Shown piece by piece: positions 24,066 through 36,911 of a stretch of 64,000 nt of DNA (its first letter is position 1; every line of letters starts with the position of its first letter). The notes under the pieces are model-generated. The model was not told the origin of the DNA and ran no database searches. It saw nothing but the letters and a program-made list of their open reading frames with translations. The stretch lies in contig CM052817.1 in assembly GCA_028534125.1 (NCBI GenBank), positions 62,560,001 to 62,624,000 on the forward strand, read 5' to 3'. This DNA comes from Lama glama. Lineage: Eukaryota. Made by a program: the position numbers and the translations under genes.

Positions 24066-24649
24066 CCTACAGCAAGTCCTCTATACACTGGACTCTACAT
24101 CTGAAACAACAAATATAATAAAAATATGAAAAATAACTAAAATACATTAAGCATGGAAAGAGTTTTGTGGTCATTGACATTCTCTCAAAATATTCATGTA
24201 ACATTCTGTATTGCATTTTTTCAGTTTCTTCAGAAAAATAAAGAGGTAAAAGAGAGGCAGTCATGTTAAAGCAAGAGTATTTAGGAGAGAGTTCTAAATT
24301 TGTTATTTAAGAAACTATGCTTTTACAGCCATATTTACATCTAGCACTTTAGCGTCTTCCAAACTCACTAATTTGTTAGCTGCAGCTCATTTATCCAACA
24401 TAAAAGGACCCCCACACATTCTTGGAAAGTATGATTGTCATTATATAAGAACATCATAGTTCTAAACATTACTGTTTACACAAGACTTATCGTAACTAAA
24501 ACTAGAGATCTTTCTCTCCAGAGGAAAAGCAGGCTAAAACACATGGAATTTAAATGTATATTTCACTTACTTATTGGCATTTCTTTCTTTAATAAGTCAT
24601 TGTTTTCTTTTCTATGTACCCTGTATACACACTTAGAATCAAATAACTG

Positions 24650-24860
24650 CTCTGTTTTGCATACTTATGAAAGGCACTGGGCTAAACAGGCCTTTTGTAT
24701 TACTTCATCAAATTCCCACAACAAATCTATTTAGGAAAGATTGATATTTTCTCATTTTACAGGTAAGAAAAGCAAAGCTCAGGGAGACTAAGTTGTCAAA
24801 TATCATGTAAATAAATAGTTAAATAAGAATTTCAAATGTAGTATGTCTGATTCAAATGCC
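24650..24860 (-). mobile_element. MIR SINE
   Basis: GGCACTGGGCTAA..CATTTTACAGGTAAGAAAAGCAAAGCTCAG. Confidence 0.8.
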
Positions 24861-25139
24861 TTTAAAAAAAGACTCTATTGGACTAAAAAGAATATTGACT
24901 GACTGTCCAGCAAAAAGTCTGACTTAAAAGTCACTGATGAATTGACGTTGTTCAGTAGACTAAATCTATAGCACATGGAGTGAAGATGTTTATTTTAATT
25001 GTATGGAGTTAATGTCCTGATTTAGTCATCAATGTGGTCATAACTCTATGTATTTATTTCCTTGTTTATTCTACATATTAAAATTATCCCTTTCCTCTCA
25101 TCTCTGTTCAGACTTCTGTAGAATTTTAATGTCATGTTT

Positions 25140-25392
25140 ACTAGTTAGTTATGGGCACAGACCATGGAGCCAGATCTCCTGACTTGAATGTCAGTTTTGC
25201 TCCTTTTTTAGCTTTTGACTTTAGGCAAGTTATTTCACCTCTCTGTGCCTCAGTCTCCACATATATGTGAAGTGAGCAATAACAGCACTTATCTTGTAGT
25301 GTTGTTTTGAGGTTAATTTAGTTTTTATATTTAACGTGCTTAGAGTATTGTCAGGGCATAGGAAAAAAATCAACAAATCTGAGCTATTTTTT
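25140..25392 (+). mobile_element. MIR SINE (near full length)
   Basis: TGACTTTAGGCAAGTTATTTCACCTCTCTGTGCCTCAGT core. Confidence 0.88.
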
Positions 25393-26219
25393 AATCCAAA
25401 AATAACAAAATCTTATTTTTGACTATACAGCATGTGTGAGAGAAGGAAAGGATGGAGAATGAAAAGGAGAAGGAGCAACACAAAATAGAAAGCTTTGGCA
25501 GAGGGCAATAATTCAATGGGACCAGAAAGGCACAGACTTGTTTACTGTAAGTTTTTATTTCAAAATGTCCCTGTGCCCCAGCAGTGGCTCTCCACCAGGA
25601 ATCAAGTCTCCATTCACAGTTTCTGGCTGGGGCCCGATGGGCAGGTGTGCCCAGGTGAAAAGCCATGGCAGACCTTCAGCAGCATTTCACCGCTTCCTGG
25701 GGCCTCTCTGTCCACCCGGCATTCTGTGTCTACCCTGGCAGACCTGTGTTTCCTAAGTGCTTCAGGAAATTCCTTCTGCTTTTCTGAGGTTTTGGCTTAG
25801 CTCTGTTGTCTCCTCTGTGTGCACTGTCATTATTTTTCAAAAGTCTTGAGGGGAGATCCAGCCTGCATCTGTGTACCCTCATCTTTCTCGTTCTATCTCT
25901 AGGGATGCTGCCAAAAACTCTGCCCTCTTCTGGGTCCCTCTTAGTCTGCCCGGAGCCCAGATTCTCAACCTCTAGCCTGAGCTAGAATTGGAACTTGTCC
26001 CCTGGGAAAGCGGAGGAGCGTCAACCCACCTTTCTGAAATTTTAACCCCTCCAGTCCTTGTTTCCACAGCTTCTGCTGCCTTTTGTGTCTAAATGTATCA
26101 AGCTTTTCTATTGTTCTCAGTCAGAGCACTTACCTACCATGACCAACACTAAACTGCCCATAAAATTTTATTTTCTTTTATCTCCAGATATGTATTTTAA
26201 TTCAGCACTTTTGAGTTCT

Positions 26220-26343
26220 ATGACTTTCTCTATGCCTCAGTTTCATATCTATAAAATGAAGCTAATTAGAACAGCTAGCTCATAAAATTGTGGATTCAAC
26301 AAATGTGTGTGTGTGTGTGTCTATATATGTATATGTAGTGCTA

Positions 26344-26376
<33 letters not shown>

Positions 26377-26432
26377 GTGCTAACAATAGTGCTTGGCACA
26401 TAGTTCAAATGATATAAACATTGGTTGTTATT
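26220..26432 (+). mobile_element. MIR SINE containing inverted (TG)n/(CA)n tracts
   Basis: CTCTATGCCTCAGTTTCATATCTATAAAATG..AGTGCTTGGCACATAG. Confidence 0.8.
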
Positions 26433-26544
26433 ACTGAAGAAGACTTCTTTCCGTGCATACAAAATAATCTTATATTTCATATACTAATTTGTAAAAGCTT
26501 TAGCTTTTAATAAATTAAGTTGTAATTGTTAACTCTGTTAGACT

Positions 26545-27240
26545 CAGTGTCTCCCCACAAATTTTTGAAGCAACTTCTAATGACCCATTTACTAAGGTGA
26601 AATGAAATACTGCATAATAATATAATTCACATCTAAACAAAGAAAAAAATTACAATGCCCAAAATGAAATCGAAATATAAAATAAAAGGGAAGTAATCTA
26701 TAATAAATTAATATGAATTTTAATATAAACATAATCAGGCATGAGTATACTAGAAGACATAAGTGTATTCAGATGTTTTAATCCACTTACATCAAGTAAT
26801 TTTGAATTTAAAAGAAAATCAGAACCCTTTTCAATAAAGAATACAGAGAAATAAATAGTGCAGAGTCATAGGATACTGGAATAAAACCAGAGTTACAAGT
26901 AATAACATATTACATTTACGAGAGAAAGAGGAATATAACTCCAATTTAAGTAGAACTTAAATGCCAAGACACAATACTATTGAAGCAGAGGAAAAAAAAA
27001 AACAATTAAGTGATTTGTGTATTGTCGCTTCAAGGAAAAGATAAAGATCATTCTTTCTCATATTTTAAATCATTCACCTGTAAAATGTAAACATTTAAGA
27101 TAATTCTGAGAAATATTTTCCAAATATTTCTGAATTCAGAGAAAATATTTCTAAATATTTCCAAATATAAGAAAGTATTTCCAGTATGTTCTGAAATTTT
27201 ACCTACACATTTATTTGTTGCCATGCAATACAAGATTTGT
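26545..27240. mobile_element. Possible degenerate hAT-Charlie DNA transposon fragment
   Basis: AT-rich text starting CAGTGTCTCCC.. with TGACCCATT; recalled resemblance only, no TIR pair found. Confidence 0.3.
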
Positions 27241-28999
27241 CTACAATATACTCGATATTTTTACCACAAACATAGAATGAGACATACTTTTACCAAAGAA
27301 AAATAATACAAAATTTTCTAAATAGAATACTTGAAAATTTGAAAGTAATAATTACTTCTGATTATAAATGATATTTTAAGGGTTCTTTAATTTTGCATGC
27401 CTTAAGGCTTTTATCATTATCCTGACTTTTATATACATACTTAAAATACATATAATTTTGCATTTGAATTATGCAAAACATGATTATTTTTATCACAGAT
27501 TTGGGGGGAATATTTCAGAGAATTTTGATAGAAAATAAGACTAAATATTAAATTGTACTTTAGGAATAGTAATTCAAGACCAGGATAAAAAGGAGTGAGA
27601 GAAAAACTTTTTTGGGGTCTTTGAATTTTTTATCTTTGTCTTGTCCCTGTTTGACCCCACCCAGAGGCAACTATTGTTTCTATGCTATTCTAAAAGTATC
27701 ATTCCAGAAATACTTTATGAATATACAGAATATTAACAAACACAGTAACAGAAAATGCCTATCCAATTTACATGTGAACTAAGCTGTTTGCCTTTTCTCT
27801 CTCTGACTCCTGGAAATTTAGTAAACCATTTTATCAATGGCATTTTCTCCTTTTGGAAGTAAAGATCATTGGATGAAATTATTTGCTTGTTAGAATTTCT
27901 GATAAAAATGAGAAGAGGAAGTTGGGTCATAGAAAAAACTAAGATTTGCCTAATTCCTAAGTTGTAAATGAATCCCTATGAATAGAATCAGAACAGAAGG
28001 AAGTGAACAAAAAGGATGGAAAGAGAAGCAAGTTATATATCCAACTTAAAAAAAAATTTACGGCACTCCTCCTAATAATAATTAAAGATTTAGATGTTCA
28101 ATAAATATTGTTGTTTGATGAATGAATGAATGAGTTGTTCTGAACTCCAAGAGAGGCTACTGAAACATTCTTCTTAGTGTCAACATCTGGTTCAATATGT
28201 CTATAACTCAGACACATTCAAAAGTAAAATCTTGCTCTGTGGATGAAGGATAGGAAGTTGACAAGATTAAAGCCTTAACCAGGCAATGGAAAGTCAGAGA
28301 TTTGTAATGGTCATAAAAGGCTTGATATTTGGGTTAAAAGCTGCTATCACAAAATATGTGAGAGCCACAAAATACTATTACTGGATCTACATTTTAACTT
28401 ATGGAATTTTTCTAAAATTTATGGACATCCCCAGGACAAGCATTTTTAATGGTGATTCTCAATTTGTCCTCTTTTAAGATAAAGATTTTGCATTTAAAAT
28501 CAAAGCACCATAAGCTCAAAATTTTCCCCGCTGAAATGGTATTTGCAGGGGAATTTATTGTACTAGACAAGAACTAGATTTATAACCTTAGTACCTGGAT
28601 CATTTTGTTATTCCCAGGTGTAAAACAAGTTTAACAGCAACTCCAACCCTTTGTTGATAGCACAGAACTATTTTCTGGAAGTATCGTATATAACACTGCT
28701 ATGTTCTCCTAAATCAGCCAATAAGCCACTTTCCGTACCTGTTACTCTCATATATATGTGTCTACACAAGAATAAAATTGACTACACAGCAATTCCATTT
28801 GGCATTTTCACATATGCTTTACAAAATGCACTTTTTAAACTTTTATAAAATTCTTCAGAATGTTTGAGGAAGAGCAGGTCAGTTTTTTACAATCTCAAAC
28901 CTTAACCTAATTGGACACACAAGTTTTTTCACTAAGACCTGGATGGAAGAGAGAGCTAGGTTGTCTCTTTTCCATTTGGTTCTCATTTGAGATGTAATC

Positions 29000-29230
29000 A
29001 AGATAACTGGTGGAGTCCTGTCCCTTGAGTCATGAAGATCTAAGTGCTAACCCAATCTCTACCACGTATTAAGAAATTTTGACATCTGTGTTTCAGTTTC
29101 TCTGCCTTAAAATGAACATAAGAGTGTCTACTTCAAATGTATTTTTTTGTAAAAATTAGATTAGATAGGCAAATATCAAGAGGTTAGGATAAGACCTGAT
29201 ACAAAGAAGGCCTTAATAAAAATAAATAAT
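29000..29230 (+). mobile_element. MIR SINE
   Basis: TCTGTGTTTCAGTTTCTCTGCCTTAAAATG..CCTGATACA..AATAAA. Confidence 0.65.
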
Positions 29231-29755
29231 GATGTGTTGATAGTGATGAGAGCTTTATGGATGAGAATAATATTATTTTGCAGCACATAAGTTAAGGTTG
29301 AATTTGTTTATTTTTAATTAGTTGTGAAATATTTTTAGTATACCCTTAATTACAAATGGTTATAATAATAACCATTATTTAAGTACTTTATATCAGCGTT
29401 CTGGACCACTCAAATGTTTGATCAAGTGCTTTGGTTCAAATTTGGTTCTGGATTGTAGAATATAACACTGTGTTCTTAGGCAGGATAGGTGAGGGGAGGA
29501 CCTACAAAGCATCAGATTAGCAGGAATCATAAAATTTTAGTATTTCTAACAATAGAATGTAAGTGTTTCAGTATTTTAATAATGTATGTCAATTGAATGT
29601 CTACCTTCATTGTTATGGGATAGCAAGATTGAGGTTGGTAACCTGGGAGCTGAAATAAGGAAAGAAAATATTCACCCACTTATACTTAAATAGAGGAAAT
29701 ATTTTAAAATCACTTTTGTCAAACTCTGTTGGGAATGGAACAAATCTGCTGTGTT

Positions 29756-30123
29756 TTTTATTGATGGAATGTTTTTGTTCCTCACAAAATTCATATGTTG
29801 ACAGCTCTAACATCCAAAGAGATGGTATTCAAAAATGAGGCTTTTGGAAGGTAATTCATTTAGATGAGGTCAGGGGGTTGGTGACCTCATGTTGATATTA
29901 ATCCTTATAATAAGAGAAAGGCAGACTAGAGCTCTCTCTGGCTGTCATGTGAGGATGTAGTGAAAAAGTGGACATATACAAGCCAATAAGAGGCCCCTGA
30001 CCAGCAAACACATTGCTGGCACCTTGACCTTGACTTCCTAGTCTCCAGAACTGAGAACTAAATGTCTGTTGTTAAAAACCAGTCTATGGTATTAAGTTTT
30101 GACAGCCTGAGGTAATTAAGACA
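29756..30123 (+). mobile_element. MaLR solo LTR (MLT1A-like)
   Basis: AAAATTCATATGTTGA..GCTGGCACCTTGACCTTGACTTCCTAGTCTCCAGAACTG..TAAGACA. Confidence 0.88.
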
Positions 30124-30689
30124 AAGGGTTTATGGTCACTTTGAAGGAAATTATCTTTCTTTCCATTCATGTCTGCGTCAGATACCTTAATTTTTTTTTT
30201 TCAAGAGCAGGTCAGTTTTCCCAGTATCTGACTGTCTAACACACGGCCCACATTTGAGTGCTGGAAGCACTATCTCACTGATCTGAGAGTTGTGAAGGTG
30301 CACCTGAAAGACATGCCTTGCTTCCTTAGTTGTTCTAACATCTCTCACTTAGAAAGCCACTACAAAGAATGAATTCTTCTGGCCTTACTGTGGAATTGCT
30401 CTTAAACAGTTAGAGCTTAGGGTGATGGTATCAAGCAATGCTGAACTCTCTTATGAGAAACAGGTCTTTAAAACTCATTGCAGCGTTTGTCATATAATTA
30501 ATAATTCAGTCATCTATCCATTCATTCATTTCAAATCTTTGTTTGAATAGTTAATATGGGCCAGGCTCTGGGGCTGACATTATATCTTGGGAAATTTCTC
30601 TCTGATATCAGTTTAAACAATAATAGCTTTGTCCTGAAGATTTAGTATGTGCTTATGTCTTGGAATTGATTGGTCTTTTCTGTGCTGGC

Positions 30690-30900
30690 TGCTAAAAGCT
30701 CATAGTCAAATCTCAGGCTTGCCTCAGAATAGGCATTTCGGTCTAAGGTCATTCTGGCTCTGTTCGTCTTTCTCAACTTTAGTTCCTCTTTGTCTCATTT
30801 TGAAATGCTTTAAATTTTTCTTTCTAATCTATGTACTTATGCAAGTCACCTTGAATACATCTATGGAAGAAGACAGAATAAAATAAATAAATGTAAATAT
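30690..30900 (+). mobile_element. Ancient SINE, MamSINE1/MIR-like
   Basis: 3' end GCAAGTCACCTTGAATAC..GGAAAGAAGACAGAATAAAATAAATAAAT. Confidence 0.4.
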
Positions 30901-31449
30901 CAAATATAAATAAAGATTGAGAAAACAAATGCCAAGGCAGAAACTAAGTGTATGGGTTCAACTCATAGATCATCTTCTGGTGTTTCCTGTCAAAAACATT
31001 GCTACTTTATAATATTCTGATGTTAAAACTCATGTGAATGTAGTAAAAGAATATTTGCCAAAAACAAATGGCATGGAAAAACTACAATTTGTTTAATAAA
31101 CCAGGGCTGAAGTGGAATCATCATGGAAAGCATAAAATAGGTCAGGACATTTAAAAGATGGTAACACTTTATGGGTAAAAAATTGGAACTACACATAAGC
31201 AAATTATGAGAGAGATTCTGTAACCATATTAGTCATGAGAAAAGTAAACGTCTTTTACAAAGAGGAAAGTATTGCTATGTTTACTTAAAAATGAAAATTT
31301 AGTACTTTGTAAATTTGCTGAAGAAGTAAATTGTTATCTTAAAACTATGGTAGGCAACCCAAAAGTTGCAAGAGTTAAAGTAAAAAGCGAAAATAGGAAA
31401 AATATATCGAGATTGCTTAATTAAGCTGTTAAAAGCTAAATGTAAAGGG

Positions 31450-31900
31450 TATAGAAAGCGTGTCTAATATAATTTTAGTCTTTAACTTATTTGAGAGCTC
31501 TTGGGGTTAATACAATACCAACTCTTAAAAAAAATAAAAAGATAACTCTTGAAATTACAGTCCTAACAAAATCTGGGGGAAAAAAGTTTAAAATCCCATT
31601 TTCAGACACCTAGACTAGAATGATGTACCGGGAAACACACAGGGCTTTATAAAGAACAAATTCTGCCACAGTGGTAGCAGATCTCTTTCTATTGACAGAA
31701 TAATGGGATAGTAAATCAGGGAGAAGCATTAGATGCAATTTATCTTGACTTTAGAAAGAGTTTGATTCAGTCTTGTATGAAGTATTAATCAAGAAATGGG
31801 GAAAAGTGTGCTGAAGGGCCTCACTGGTAAGTGGATCAGCATCTGGTCCACTTAGTCAATCAGAGGCACTCAGAATATTGCTATTAATGGCTCAATATGT
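31450..31900 (+). mobile_element. CR1/L3 LINE reverse-transcriptase fossil
   Basis: Translated fragments QGFIKNKFC (31640), VNQGEALDAIYLDFRK (31711), WISIW and TQNIAINGS match the CR1 RT order QHGF..SC / AVDVxYLDFSKAFD / WIxxW / QRVVING, with frameshifts. Confidence 0.85.
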
Positions 31901-32261
31901 CTAGAGCTGTGGAATGCATGGAATCATGTGCAATTAATGCTATAATATAAATATAGTATGAATAAAATAGAAAATTAATGGGAATCTGTGCCTGCCCTAC
32001 TCATAATAAATACTAACATTAACATAAATAATTACCTGTGAATATTTTACTTTGGTGCTGTGCTTTATCAATATCAAAAGGTCTTTATATTATGTCATTT
32101 AAAAAATTGGAAGATGGAAAATTTTACCAAGTTTATTGGATAGCAAACCCTGAATGAAAATAATTGGAGTGTTGAAAAGTTTGTTTTTTGGGCCTGGTAG
32201 CAGTGGTAAACAACAAAAGGAAGAACCAGTTGATACCCATTCGTGAATTTGGTAGATAATA

Positions 32262-32372
32262 GCAGTAATAAGCTTACCTAGAATTTACTGAGTGTTAAAT
32301 ATGTGCCAGGCATCTTACATTCTCTCTCTGAATGAAGACAAGAAGCCTCTGAATAAGTATTATTATCAAGTA
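32262..32372 (-). mobile_element. MIR SINE fragment
   Basis: ATTTACTGAGTGTTAAATATGTGCCAGGCA. Confidence 0.6.
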
Positions 32373-32489
32373 CTTCCTGAACTCATACATATCCAGATGC
32401 ACACAAGCATACATAGAGAACTCATGATTTAGAAAGGAATTTAAGGATTGTATAATTCAGTTTCTTCTAAGGTGAAGGCCCTTCTACAA

Positions 32490-33130
32490 ACAGATTGTTA
32501 AGAATTTGCACAGAAAGAGGATAGGACACTGAGAAATGAATCCACTGAAAAACATGTAAGGAAAGTGTGTTGTATTTTTATGACAGAGAAGGGTCACTGA
32601 CTGAAATGAAGACAAGGGAAAGTAAGAAAAATTATTTTAAAACATTGTTAGATTTGGTGAAGGGGTTATAGTTATGACCTTGAACAGTCCCAGTTTAGTG
32701 GATTGGAGCAGAAGACATTTCACAGAAATCAAGGGTGTGTGTCTCTGTGTGTATAGACAATTGAAATAAAGGTCATAAATCATTTGAGTTTGGCATAAAA
32801 AGAATAAAAGTAAAAAGTAATGAAAGGAATCAAAGAATAAAATAAAAATTGTTTTAAGCCATTTTTGAGAGAACATAATGAGAATGTAGGGCTTAAATGG
32901 TAAAGCACAGATGAGAAATGTTTAGTAGTGGGAATCCGTGCATTTCAGTTCAGCCCATCCTTGAAAGAAGAAAGGAATGAGTTCTAGAGGCAGATTCGCT
33001 CCTCCTTAGACATGACAGATCAGACACATGCATAGAGAATGTTGACAAGAAGGAAGCGGTCACTGGTGATACAGACTGCGTGGATGTGGATTTAATAAGA
33101 ACAGAGCTACGGTGGTAAGTGAGCCATAAA
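32490..33130 (-). mobile_element. Degenerate L2
   Basis: ATTGTTAGATTTGG..TTATGACCTTGAACAG..CAGTTTAGTGGA. Confidence 0.5.
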
Positions 33131-33339
33131 GTTGATGAGAGGCATAGAATAGAGCTGGCAAACTTTATTTTCACATACATATGTAATTTAATGAGTGCTC
33201 TTCATTCTTCTGGGTCTTCATAGCATTATAAACAAATGAGGGAAAAAGACAAAATTATTTTGTAAAATAGAATATACAGAACATTTTTAAAGAGCAATTT
33301 CTTTACTTACTTAGTACTTTAAAAAAAAATCTCATACTT

Positions 33340-33760
33340 TCCTTGTGGAATAATTTTCTTTCTCCTAAAGCACATTCTTCAGATGTTCCTTTAGAGAAGT
33401 TATGTAAGTAGTGAAGACAGAAGGAAAAAGGGAGCTAGGCATAAAACTGTAGATTGCCTTTTTGTCTTGGTATTTGAAGGTATTGTGGTACTTGTTCTTA
33501 GAAATGTAATTTTTATTACTTTGAGAGTTGTATTTTAGCAACTTTTAATATATTCTATTAGCTCTTGACAGTCTACATTTTCTCTACATAAGTCTAGATA
33601 TAGATTATGTGGTTATTACCCATTTGGGCTTTTCTGTATGTGCTCCCTGAAACTGAACATTCTGCTCTTTCTGCAGCTACATACAATCTTAAATAGATAT
33701 TTTCCATTGACTCTTTTTTTTTTTCTACTGGGACTCCTATTATATATATTATTTCAAGAA
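33340..33760 (-). mobile_element. Old L1M fragment
   Basis: T-rich antisense L1 text (..TCTACTGGGACTCCTATTATATATA). Confidence 0.4.
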
Positions 33761-35929
33761 TGCTTAATGAATCAGAAGTGTTTTAAAATATCAATCTCAG
33801 TAAATAATGGTTATATCCTCTGAAACTATGTCATAAAATAAAAATTATTCACCTAGAAATGAAAATACCTTCTTTATTTTTAAATTCTAGTGCAAAAAAA
33901 AATTGCTTTACCTCATGTCAAAATATCTGAATGGCAGGACTCTGATTTGATTAGGTAGTCACTTGACTCAATACAAACCATTGGCCAAAAACAATATAAA
34001 TATTTTGGAAATTCTTACCACACAAATATCTGATGTTCTATGCAAAAGAAGCACCGTGCATGTATTTTGAATGCAAATGAAATTTTAATGTCGGTTGTTT
34101 ATTATTTTATAATATTTTCTGTAGCATTTAATGAATGCAAGGGGGGAGGAAGAGAAAGATAAAGGTAGATCTATCTACCAGCATTGTATTGAGCACTTTT
34201 AGGAGATGGTAAAATCTTTATATATATGCATACATATGTGTGTGTGTATGATACAGTCTTTTTCTTTTTCACTCTGTTTATTATCTCTTCCTAAGGTTCT
34301 CTGTGAAAATCTTTGCACAATGTTGCCCTACATTTTCATGTAGCTACGACAGCCTCTTTACCCCTCACAGCATGATTTCTTACACAAAGCTTAGAATCGT
34401 GAGCTATATTCAGGTTTGACCCAGAAAGCTTTGACATTCAAAATCAGAGTGGTCTGAATGACTCAGTCAAGATGTAAGTCTAAATTAACTGGGGAATTTG
34501 ATTATAATGACCCTAGAGGGAAAGGATAATATATTAGACTCTTTTTGAAAATGGTATCTATGTAATTTAAATGAATAATTGTTAATAAAATAGCTAAAAC
34601 TAAAATATGTTCAGGTTAAATAAAGTAAGTAACCTCTTCCGTTATTTTCATGATTCAGAAATAGAGACAGTTGCTTCTGGAATGAATTGAGCTTAAAACC
34701 ATTGCCAAAAAAATTATGAATGTGTAATCACAATTCTTAGTACAGTGTTAAGATAAGTATGTATTTATGGAATAAATGTCAAGTTGTTTTATAAGCTTTT
34801 AGTTATATGTGAATTGAAATAAATAAGATACAGAAGTATCATCAGCATACCTCATGATATTTAACATACGTGATTATATTGAATTGCGTAGATATCCTTG
34901 CTTTTGTTTCCTAGAATATTACTGAGTGTATCATTAACAGTCTAACTTTGCTTCTTCTTCCTATACAGCACATATGGGTCAAGAGATTTAAAGAATTATA
35001 AAAATGCAAGATTGTAGTTCTCTGCAATTGTCAGTCATGGTTATAATTCAACATGACAGTAAACCACTTGATAATATTTTGAAGGCAAATGGTTTAAGTA
35101 TAAAAAATATCATGTGATATTTGCAAACTTATCAAATTATATCAGTTTTTATATAAGAATATTGTTTTTTATTTATTTAATCATTACACATATGCATGCA
35201 CACACACACATTGTAAACTAGTCATTGGACTTAGAGCAGATTATAAGAAGATATTCCCCCTCTTTCCTTCATGAAACTCATGTTTTAGTGATAGAAAAAA
35301 TCAGCACTCATTATGCAATTAAGAATCTGATTTTAGTTCTGATAAATTCTATCCATATGGAAATATTGCTATGAAAGTGTACAATGGAAAGCTGTTCTTG
35401 AGGAAACAATAATTTAACTGAACTTTTAAGGAGGAATATAAATTGAGTCCACAGAGAAAGGAGTGGATGAAAGCCAGCAAGTCATAGGACACTAAAAACC
35501 CTGAAGTGGTTAAGAGCACAGTGTGATGGAAAAAATGAGTCAAGGACATGGCTAGTAAGGAGATTATGCTGAAACTTGTAGGTTAGTTTAAAGATTTTAT
35601 CCATTATTTAAATAACAATAGAGAATTAACAAAGACTTAGAAGCAGGAGAGAGACATATTCCTACATTTCTTTGAAAAATGTCACTTTGCTGTGGAAAAT
35701 GGATTGAATGAGGGCAAGAACAGATCTAAGAAGACTGGTTAGGAGGATCTGCATTGGTCCAGATGAGCTGTGGTAGTTTACACTGGGATGAACAAAGTAG
35801 AGAAGCAGAAAACTCAATTTAATAGTTATGAAATGGAATGGGCAGGACTCTGTGATATATAAAATATGGATTATGAAGGAGAGGGAACAGTCAACAACTG
35901 TTCCTAGTTTTCTAGCTTAAAAAACAAAT

Positions 35930-36060
35930 ACCATGGTGAAGGATGTTAATCAGACTTGTTTTCATTTCACAATATATACAAATGTCAAAACATTACATTT
36001 TACACCTGAAACTAATATAATGTAATATGTCCATTATATGTCAAAAATAATCATAACCAC
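35930..36060 (+). mobile_element. Short 5'-truncated L1 3' end (L1MA9-like)
   Basis: CATTTCACAATATATACAAAT..TACACCTGAAACTAATATAATG. Confidence 0.75.
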
Positions 36061-36187
36061 CTTTTTATTATGCATTAAAAAATGAATAATGTTCATTGAA
36101 ATATGTAGCCCTGGAGAAGGACCAGATTTAAAAGGCTGTTTGAAAGATGATGAGTTTAGATATAGGCATGTTAAGTTTGAAGGGCCT

Positions 36188-36911
36188 CTTCATATTCACT
36201 AGGGTGACCAGAATTAAAAATATCACATAATTACAAGCTGTGGTGAGAATGTGAAAAAATCAGAACTCTCATGTACTCTGGGTGGGAATGTAAAATGGTG
36301 CAACCAATTTGAGAACTAGTCAGTTCTTCAAATGATTTCATATAGAGTTACCAAATGACCCAGTAATTTTAATCCAAGGTAAATACCCAAGAGAAATTAA
36401 AATTTATGTTTGCACAAAAACTTGTACAGGAAAATTTATGGTAGCACTATTCATAATAGCCAAAATGTATAACAAACCATTCAAGTGAAAAATGGTGAAC
36501 AAAAGTGGTACATCCATACAATGGAATGTTGCTCAGCCACAAAAAGAAATTAACTTATGATGCATGTTACAACATGGTCAAACCTTAAAAAATATTTTGC
36601 TAAGTAAAAAAGAAGCCAGTCACAAAAGACTACATGTTATATGATTCCTTTGCACGAAATATCTAGAATAGTAAAATCTATAGAGACAAACAGTAGATTA
36701 ATAGGTCTGTAGGGCTGGGAGTGTAGATGGAGAAATAGATGATAACTAAACGTTATATGGGATTTGTTTTTGAGATGATGAAAACCGTTCCAAAATTACA
36801 CTGTGATTATGATTGTTCATATATATGAATATACTAAAATCCATTGAATTGTATACCTTAAATGGATAAATTATATGATATGTGAATTATATCTCAGTAA
36901 AGGTGTTTAAA
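36188..36911 (+). mobile_element. 5'-truncated L1 (L1MB-like) with target-site duplication
   Basis: ORF2 end plus 3' UTR (..AATCTATAGAGACA..TGTGAATTATATCTCAGTAAAG); TSD AAGTTTGAAGGGCCT (36173-36187) / AAATTTGAGGGGCCT (36912-36926). Confidence 0.9.
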
